In this document: piece after piece, positions 55,561 through 64,000 of the stretch
Layout of the letters: every line of letters starts with the position of its first letter
Position numbering within the stretch: the first letter of the stretch is position 1
Origin: Squalus acanthias
Taxonomy: Eukaryota
Direction of reading: 5' to 3'
Assembly (NCBI GenBank): GCA_030390025.1
Contig: CM059431.1
Coordinates: forward strand, 137,952,001-138,016,000
Length of the DNA stretch: 64,000 nt
Translations under genes and position numbers: made by a program
Notes under the pieces: model-generated
What the model was told of the DNA's origin: nothing
What the model saw: only the letters and a program-made list of their open reading frames with translations
Databases searched by the model: none

Positions 55561-55651
55561 TAAACAACCGTAAAAATAATAATTGGAGGATAAAAAAGGA
55601 TACGGGCAGAGTTCAGGTCCCCACAGTGATACTCCAGATGAACGGAATACT

Positions 55652-56404
55652 GGTCCGTATTTTCCGATCGCAGGCCACCCGCATGTGGAGGCCTGCAATC
55701 TGGAAAAATCTATCCCATTACCTGAGGGCTCCCGGGACGCACACACTTCCGATCCTTGGCCTCACGAAACTCCAAGTGCGCAGGTCCCACGTATCCCAGA
55801 GTTCACAAGCAGTTCGCAGCGTAGGATCATGTGGGCCATGGGGAGCCAATCAACTAAGGGAATCTCCCTTCATACACTTGGCAGGAAGACCTGTCAAATA
55901 ATGAATAGAGATCGGCCCCAAAAATATACTTAAAATTCAAATAAATTAAAAAAATAAATCACATTTTTAAAATAACTATAAGTTACATAAATTAACTACC
56001 TTAAACAAAATTTTTAAATTTTGAAAAAGTTAATTACACTTTTTAACGGTGCTAAAAATAAACTTAACTTCCTTTCAGTATCTAAAAAAGATAACCCCGT
56101 TGAAAAAAAGTATAAATTGTAATTAATTAACCACTTACCTTGTTAAAAACAGGCCTTGCACCTCCTTTTCAAAAGTGCAGTTTCTCCATACTTACCCTCC
56201 CGGAGAAACTTGAAAAAAAGAAGTTCGTTGTGTGCGCGCAGCTTCTCCCGTGCACGCATTCCACCTCTGAACTCCTTCCTTCAGGGGAACAGAAGTTCCG
56301 GTTTCCCGCGCATGCGCAGTGCATGCGTGAAACCGGCACTTCAGGTGGCCTCACGGGTAAGTACACATCGCGTACTCACCGGACAAGAGCCGTATTTCTG
56401 GCCC
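55652..56404 (-). mobile_element. Non-autonomous TIR element, copy 3
   Basis: Colinear with copy 2 (CGTATCCCAG, CAGGAAGACCTGTCAAA, CCACTTACCTTGTTAAAA, GCGCATGCGCAGTGCATGCG). Ends TATTTCTGGCCC. Confidence 0.8.
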
Positions 56405-56531
56405 AAATTTTTTTATGTGGCTAAATATAAACTTAACTTTCTTTAAAGTATTTTTAAATGATAACTCAGTGAAACAACTTTTAAAAACTTTTTTCAACTC
56501 TTATCCTGGTAAAAGCAGGCCTTACGCCTGC
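56405..56531 (-). mobile_element. TIR element copy 4, left segment (truncated, interrupted by a LINE)
   Basis: GCTAAATATAAACTTAACTTTCTTTAAAGTA...AAAAGCAGGCCTT is homologous to 56050-56160. Confidence 0.7.
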
Positions 56532-59500
56532 GGATAGAGTCATAGAGTTAGACAGCACACAGCCCTTTGGCCCATCGTGTCTGCGCCGGCCATCAAGCCC
56601 TAACTATTCTAATCTCATTTTCCAGCACTTGGTCCGTAGCCTTGTATGCTATGGCGTTTCAAGTGCTCATCTAAATGCTTCTTGGGTGTTGTGACGGTTC
56701 CTCCCTCTACCACACTTTCAGGCAGTGAGTTCCAGATTCTAACCACACGCTGGGTGAAAACGATTTTCCTCAAATCCCCTCTAAACCTCCTGCCCCTTAT
56801 CTTGAAACTATTCCCCCTGGTTATTGACACTTCTACTAAGTGGAAAAGTTCCTTTCTATCTACGATATCTATTCCCCTCATAATTTTGTACACCTCAATC
56901 AGGTCCCCCCTCAGCCTTCTCTGCTCTAGGGAAAACAACCCCAGCCTGTCCAGTCTCTCTTCATAGCTGAAACGCTCCAGCCCAGGTAACAGCCTGGTGA
57001 ATCTCCTCTGCTCCTTCTCCAATGCAATCACATCCTTCTATAGTGTGGCGACCAGAACTGCACACAATATTCCAGCTGTGGCCTAACTAGTGTTTTGTAC
57101 AGCTTCATCATAACCTCCCTGCTCTTATATTCTATGCCTCGGCTAATGAAGGCAATTTCCCATATGCCTTTCCGACCACCTTATCTACCTGTCCTGCTGC
57201 CTTCAGGGATCTATGTACATGCACACCAAGGTCGCTCTGATCCTCTGTCCTTCCTAGAGTCCTACCATTCATTGTGTATTCCCTTGCCTTGTTAGTCATC
57301 CTAAAATGCACCACCTCACACTTTTCAGGGTTAAACTCCATGTGCCACTGCTCTGCCCATCTGAAAAACCCGCCTATATCGTCCTGTAGCCTGAGGCTTC
57401 CCTCCTCGTTATTTACCACTCCATCAATTTTCGTGTCATCTGCGAACTTACTGATCATACCTCCTACATTCATATCTAAATCATTAATGTACACTACAAA
57501 CAGCAAGGGACCCAGCACAGATCCCTGCTGTATTATACTGGACACAGGCTTCCAGTCACAAAAACAACCTTCGACCATCACCCTCTGCCTCCTGCCACTA
57601 AGCCAATTTTGCATCGAATGAGCCAAATTGCCCTGGAACCCATGGGCTCTTACCTTCTTGACCAGTCTCCCATGCGGGACATTGTCAAAAGCCTTACTGA
57701 AGTCCATGTAGACTACATCAACTGCACTACCCTCATTCACACACCTAGTCAGCTCCTCAAAAAAAACAATCAAATTGGTTAGACAGGATCTCCCCCTGAC
57801 AAAGCCATTGCTGACTATCCTTGCGTAATCCTTGCCTCTCCAAGTGGAGATTAATTCTGTCCCTCAGAATTTTTTCCATTAATTTTCCTGCCACTGATGT
57901 TAGGCTCACTGGCCTGTAATTCCCTGGTTTATCCCTACTACCCTTCTTGAATAATGATACTACGTTAGATGTCCTCCAGTCCTCTTGCACCTCTCCTGTG
58001 GCCAGAGAGGTTCTGAAAATTTGTGTTCGAGCTCCTGTAATCTCATCCCTTGCCTCACACAGCAGCCTGGGATATATCTCGTCTGGGCCTGCGGATTTAT
58101 CCACTTTTAAATCCGCTAAAACCGCGAGTACCTCCTCCCTCTCAATGGTAATTTGCTCAAATATATCACAATATCTCTGCCTGATTTCTATGCCTACATC
58201 ATCCTTCTCCATATTGAACATAGATGCAAAATATTCATTTAAAACCTCACCTACATCTTCCGGCTCTACACACAGATTGCCACTTTCGTCCCTAATGGGC
58301 CCTACTCTTTCCCTGGATATCCTCTTGCCCTTAATATACTTATAAAACACCTTGGGATTTTCCTTTATTTTGCCCGACAGTGGTTTTTCATGCCCCCTCT
58401 TCGCTCTCCTAATTTCTTTTTTATGTACCCCCTGCACTTTCTATACTCCTCCAGAGCTTCCACTGTTTTTAGTCCTTTGTATCTGCCAAAAGCCTCCCTT
58501 TTTTTCCTAATCCATTGTTGGATATCCCTTGACAACCAGGGTTCCCTGGACTTGTTGATCCCACCCTTGACCTTTACGGGAACATCTTGGCACTGTACTC
58601 TCTGTATTTCCTTTCTGAATGCCTCCCACTGCTCTGATTTGGATTTTCCTACAAGTAGCTGATCCCTGTCCACTTTGGCCAGATCCTGCCTTATCATATT
58701 AAATTCGGCCTTCCCCCAATTAGAACATTTATTTCCGGTACATCTTTGTCCTTTTCATTGACTACCTTATATCTCACCGAATTATGGTCACTGTCACCAA
58801 AACTCTCCTACTGACACTTCTGCCACTTGCCTGGCTACATTCCCTAGAATTAGGTCCAGTACCGCCCCATCTCTTGTAGGACTTTCTACATGCTGGCTCA
58901 AAAATCTCTCCTGGCTGCACTTTAATAATTCTGCACCCTCTAAGCCTTTCAAACTCTGACTATCCCAGTTAATATTGGGGAAGTTGAGATCCCCTACTAT
59001 TGTTACCGGATTATTTCTACACTTCTCTGAGATTTGCCTACATATCTGATCCTCTGTTCACCCCCCCCCCCCCCCCTGACTGTTTGGGGGCCTATAGTTC
59101 TCTCCCAGCAAAGTGCTTGCCCCCTTTTTGTTTGTAAGTTCTACCCATATGGCCTCATTAGAGGAATCTGCTAAGATATCATCCGTCGTTACTACCGTAA
59201 TTGCCTCCTTTTTCAAAATTGCGACAACCCCTCCTCTTTTACCAACCCCTCTGTCTCGCCTGAAGATTCTATACCCCGGAATATTAATCTGCCAGTCCTG
59301 CTCCTCCCTCAACCATGTATCTCTGATAGCAACAATAGCATATATCCATGTGTTCATCAACACATTCAATTCATCTGCCTTACTCCCATGACTCCTTGCA
59401 TTAAAATAAATGCTATCCAGCCTTGCCATACTCCCTTGTGCCGTTACATATTTGGTATGCCTTCCCGACTGACTTGTTTTTTCCTCTATATTTGGCTGTG

Positions 59501-59608
59501 CATCACCACCTACTATAGTGCCACGCCGTATCCCATCCCCCTGCCAAGTTAGTTTAACCCCCCCGCCCCCAACAGCACAACAAACCTCCCCGCAAGGTTG
59601 TTGTCAGG
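56532..59608 (-). mobile_element. CR1-type LINE, ~3.1 kb, 5'-truncated at the end of ORF1, near-complete but frameshifted ORF2 (APE endonuclease + RT)
   Basis: ORF1 end NNLAGRFVVLLGAGGLN*. Endonuclease motifs YFNARS, IPGYRIFRRDR, YRPP. RT motifs GNYRPVSLTSV, YMDFSKAFD, QGSVLGPLLF, FADD. Tail with ATAGAGT repeats from 56534. Confidence 0.95.
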
Positions 59609-59842
59609 TGCTTTTACCAGGCCTAAGAATTCTAAGGGTTTTCTGCGGTGGGAAGTTCTCAAAAACGCGGAACTATCCGGCCGCAGAAGCCCTTCTCCAG
59701 GGCAGGCGGAGGATCTGTCAAGAGCATTCTTGTCAGATCCGAAATGCCGGTTTTCAGCGCTTGTGCTGTGCATGCCTGAAACCGGCATTTCCGATGTCGC
59801 TACGGGTGGTTACACAGCGCGTACACACCCGTAGCGATCGTA
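59609..59842 (-). mobile_element. TIR element copy 4, right segment (its end continues at ~60609-60619)
   Basis: TGCTTTTACCAGG completes the hairpin begun at 56505. Contains the CCGGTTT..GCATGC..AAACCGG hairpin and the terminal ACGGGTG..CACCCGT hairpin seen in copies 2 and 3. Confidence 0.75.
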
Positions 59843-59844
59843 TT

Positions 59845-60606
59845 GGCCCGAAAATTAGACCTAATACGCGAGAGTACGCACTGTGTACTCTCGCGTATTC
59901 GGTCTCCAGCTGCCGGTTTCCTGCATGCACTGTGCATGCGCGGGAAACCGGCACTTCGTGAATTCAAAAGGGGGCGGTTCCTAAGTGAACCGCGTGCACG
60001 TTACAGGCTGCGCGCACGCAGTGCACTTAGTTATTTTTTCAGCTTTGAACGCGCAGGTAAGTGTTGAAGATTTTAAACATAAAGAAAGCAGGCGTAGGAC
60101 CCACTTTTAACAAGGTAAGTAGTTAATTAAGTGTTATTTTAAAACATTTTCAACAGGTTTATCTTTTTTAGAGACTTTAAAGAAAGGTACGTTTATTTTT
60201 ATAACTTTTAAAAAGATTTTAAATTTTTTCAAAAATTTAATTTTTTGTTTAAAGTGGTTAATTTATTTAACTATCCTTATTTTATTAATGTGATGGCTTT
60301 TTTTAAATTTAATTTAGGTTTAGCTGTTCTTTTGGGGTTGTGTAGGATTCATAGCTTTGACAGGTCTTCCTGTCAAAACTATGAATGAAAGATGGTGTGC
60401 TGCCATTGGCTATAACTGAATCACGTGATCCCAGAGCTCGCACGAACGAATTGCGCCTCTTGGAACGCACACACTGCACAGTTGCATGTGGGAGGGGCCT
60501 TGAAACTAAAGTTCGTGTGGGCCCGGAGGAAAAAGGTAGGCGCAAAGTGAGATTACGCGGGGAAGCCTTACCCCCGTGAGAACCCTCACTGTTTAATTTC
60601 TGGGCC
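59845..60606 (+). mobile_element. Non-autonomous TIR element, copy 5
   Basis: Ends TATTGGCCCGAAAATT ... AATTTCTGGGCCAATA. Colinear with copy 1 along its whole length. Confidence 0.9.
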
Positions 60607-60804
60607 AATATCTGGGACACTAAAATAATTCAATTAGTTAAAGCAGAAGTGACAGATAAGAAACGTGTTAAGTTAAACGGTGTAAGAAAGACAGCATCAG
60701 GTCAAACGGTCAGGTTAGGATCTCTTTCCCAAATAAGAGTTTAATATATGAACGTATGGGGTACAAGAAAGAAAGTTAGCGAATTGGAGGTTCAAATGTG
60801 TCAA

Positions 60805-61733
60805 ATCGATCAGAGTTTGCTGATGATGCAAAGCTAGGTGGGAAAGTAAGTTGTGAGCAGGATGCAAAGATGATGCAATGTGATATAGACAGGTTAAGTG
60901 AGTGGGAATGCACATGGCAGATGGAATATAATATGGACACATCTGAGGTTATTCAATTTGGTAGGAAAAATAGAAAAACAGAATGTTTTAAATGGTGAGA
61001 CATCGGGCCATGTTGGGATTCAGAGGGAACTGGGTGCCCTTGTACACTGCAAGTTAGCCTGCAGGTGCAGCAAGCAATTAGGAAAGCAAATGGTATGTTA
61101 GCCTTTATTAAAAAATGATTGCAATATAAGAGTAAATAAGTCTTAATGCAATTATGTGAGTCCTTGGAGAGACCAGTCGTGACGTACTGTGTAAAGTTTA
61201 ATCTCCTTATCTAAGAAAGGATATACTTGCCAAGAGGGAGTGCAACGAATGTCCAACAGACTGATTGCTTGGGACGAGGGGATTGTCCTATGAGGAGTGA
61301 TTGTGTAGACTAGGCCAATATTCTCTATAATTTAGAAGAATTGAGGTGATTTAATTGAAACATTTAACATTCTTACAGGGCTTGATAGGGTAGACGATGG
61401 GAGGTGGTTTCTCCTGGCTGGGGAATATAAAACCAGGGGACACAGTCTCAGAATAATGGGTCGTTCATTTCTGATTGAGATGAGTAGAAATTTCTTCACG
61501 CAGACGGTGGTGCATCTTTGGAATTCTCTACCCCAGAGGGCTGTGGCGGCTCAGTCGTTGAGCATAATCAAGACAGAGGTCGATAAATATTTGGGGAAGA
61601 AGGCAATTAAGGGATATGGGGACATTGCGGGAAAGTGGTCTTGAGGTAGCAGATCAGCTATGATCTTATTCAATGGCGGAGCCGGCTCTAAGGGACGAAT
61701 GGCCTATCCCTGCTCCTATTTCTTATGTTCTTA
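60805..61733 (+). mobile_element. CR1-type LINE 3' fragment (RT C-terminal part to 3' UTR)
   Basis: Translates FADDAKLGGKV, NGETSGHVGIQRELGALVH and RNFFTQTVVHLWNSLP. Tail CTGCTCCTATTTCTTATGTTCTTA. Confidence 0.9.
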
Positions 61734-61825
61734 AATACAGCTTAGAGGGTACGACATGGTGGCCATTACTGTGACATGCTTTAATCTGCTCATGATCGGG
61801 AGTTTAAAATTCCAGGTAATAAGTA

Positions 61826-63460
61826 CATAAGAATATAAGAAATAGGAGCAGGAGTAGGCCATTTGGCCCCTCGAGCCTCCTCTGCCATTCAATAAGATCA
61901 TGGCTTATATGAACTAGGCCTCAACTCCACTTTCCTGCCCGCTCCCCATAACCGTTGACTCCCCTATAGTTCAAAAATCAGTCTATCTCCAACTTAAATA
62001 TATTCAATGACACAGCCTCCACAGCAATCTGTGGCAGAGAATTCCAAAGATTCACAACCTTCTGAGGGAATAAATTTCTCCTTTTCCCGTTTAAAATGGG
62101 CGGCCCCTTATTTTGAAACTGTGCCCCCTACTTCTAGATTCCCCCAGGAGGCGAAACATCCTCTCTGTATCTACCCTGTCAATTCCCCTCAGAATCTTAT
62201 AGGTTTCAATAAGATCACCTCTCATTCTTCTAAACTCCAGTGAGTATAATCCCAACCTGCGCAACCTTTCTTCATAAGACGACCCCCTCATTTCAGGAAT
62301 CAACCTAGTCAACCTTCTATGAACTTCCTCCAATGCAAGTATATACATCCTTAAATAAGGAGACCAAAACTGTTCGTAGTCCTCCAGGTGTTGTCTCACC
62401 AATGCCCTGTCCAGCTGTAGCATGACTTCCCTACTTTTATACTCCATCCCCTTGCAATAAAGGCCAACATTCCATTTGCTTTTCCAATTAATTGCTGTAC
62501 ATGCATTCTAACTTTTTGTGTTTCATGTACAAAGAACCCCAGATACCTCTTTAGCGCAGCATTTTGTAGTCTCTCTCCATTTTAATAATAATTTGTATTT
62601 TTATTTTTCCTACCAAAGTGGATAACCTCACATTTTCTTACATTATACTCCATCTCCCTTATGTTTGCCCATTCACTTAACCTATCTGTATCCCTTTGCA
62701 GGCTTTTTGTGTCTTCCTCACAACTTGCTTTCCCACCTATCTTTGTAACATCAGCAAATTTGGCTACATTACACTCGATTCCTTCATCCAATCCGTTAAT
62801 ATAGATTGTAAATAGTTGAGGCCTCCGCACTGATCCCTGTGACACCCCACTAGCTACAGTTTGCCAACCTAAAAATTCCCCATTTATCCTGATGTTTCTG
62901 TTTCCTGTGAGTTAGCCAATCCTCCAACTATGCTAATATATTACCCCAACACCGTGAGCTCTTAACTTGGGCAGTAACCTTTTATGTGGCACCTTATCGA
63001 ATGCCTTCTGGAAATCCAAATAATCTACATCTACTGGTTCCCCTTTTTCCACCCTGCTCGTTACATCCTCAAAGAACTCCACCAAATTTGACAAACATGA
63101 TTTGCCTTTCATAAAACCCTGCTGAATCTGCTTGATTGTATTATGATTTTCTAAATATCCTGCTGCTAATTTCTTAATAATGGCCTCCAACATTTTCCCA
63201 ATGACAGATGTTAGGCTAACTGGTCTATAGTTTCCTGCTTTCTGTGTCCCTCCTTCTTGAATTGAGGCTTTACATTTCCGGTTTTCCAATACACTGGGAC
63301 CACTCCAAAATCCAGGGAATTTTGGTGGATTACAACTAATGCATCCACCATCTCTGCAGCCAATTTTTTGAAGACCATAGGATGCAGGCCATCAGGTACA
63401 GTGGACTTGTTCACATTTAGAACCATTAGTTTGCCTAGTACTTTTTCCTCTAGTGATAGT
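61826..63460 (-). mobile_element. CR1-type LINE, ~1.6-kb 3' portion (RT) with 3' tail
   Basis: Translates GNYRPVSLTSV, YLDFQKAFDKVPH, FADVTKIGG and LGLYSLEFRRMRGDLIE. Tail ATAAGAATATAAGAAATAGGAGCAGG. Confidence 0.92.
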
Positions 63461-63464
63461 GCTC

Positions 63465-64000
63465 TGTAGAAAGGATCGGGAAACTGGAAGGGGAGGAAGG
63501 AAAGCCTAAATGATTAAAGGTATATTAAAGCATGTGTGAGAGAGGATATACGTAAGGTAAAGTAATCAGCTGGGAGGCTGTGTTGGGAATTGAGAAATAA
63601 GCAACTACTGAAAGCTTTAACGGGAGTTGTCTACAGGCTTCCCGATAGCAGCAATGAAGATACAGCATGTGTTAATTCAGAGATTAGAGAGGATTGTAGC
63701 AAAAGCAGGGTTGTGTTAATTGGAGACTTTAATTTTCAGCTAAAATGGGAAGAGCTCAAGTCGGAAAAGTAGTGAATATATTGAGTACATTCAAGATAGT
63801 TTTCTGGAGCAATATGTTGAAGAACCAACAAGATTTAGTACATTTAGTAATGAACAATGATCCAGTCTTAGTTAATAATATAACAGTAAGAGAACTATTA
63901 TCTAACAATGAGCATAATATGATCGATTGCAACGCTCGGATTTAAAGGAGAAACGTAACACAATTTTAAGAATCTCCATTTTGGTCACATGAACGGGAAG
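63465..64000 (+). mobile_element. Old CR1 ORF2 endonuclease-domain remnant
   Basis: Translates RKDRETGRGG, GVVYRLP, VVLIGDFN, LVMNNDP and LSNNEHNMI, which are degenerate APE endonuclease motifs. Confidence 0.75.

Noticed and set aside
57274..58662. Plus-strand ORFs of 90-132 aa
   Set aside because: They are antisense shadows of CR1 ORF2.
59061..59076. C16 homopolymer
   Set aside because: Simple slippage or sequencing run that disrupts the LINE endonuclease frame, with no further structure.

Overview
This is vertebrate genomic DNA, not prokaryotic. The CR1-type LINE landscape resembles cartilaginous fish, but the taxon is an inference. About 76% of the window (1608-50147) is one head-to-tail array of a 23-bp satellite, consensus CTTTGGACCT(T/C)CACTGTTTCTAG, with roughly 2,100 monomers, higher-order repeat domains and a 200-N gap at 36016-36215. 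The main result is that the monomer is a piece of CR1 LINE ORF2. The array starts in register with a minus-strand CR1 fragment (reading KLEAVKVQREFAVHVR, the post-RT QRDLGV motif), and LINE-like sequence appears to resume at the far end. The satellite therefore seems to have arisen inside this one LINE copy. The last 14 kb hold a B3GALT5-like pseudogene, many CR1 fragments, and five copies of a ~750-bp non-coding TIR element. That element has several hairpins whose pairing is kept while the sequence changes, plus promoter-type motifs and repeated 5' splice-site motifs, and its copies are nested with the LINEs. No intact protein-coding gene, RNA gene or CRISPR array is supported.
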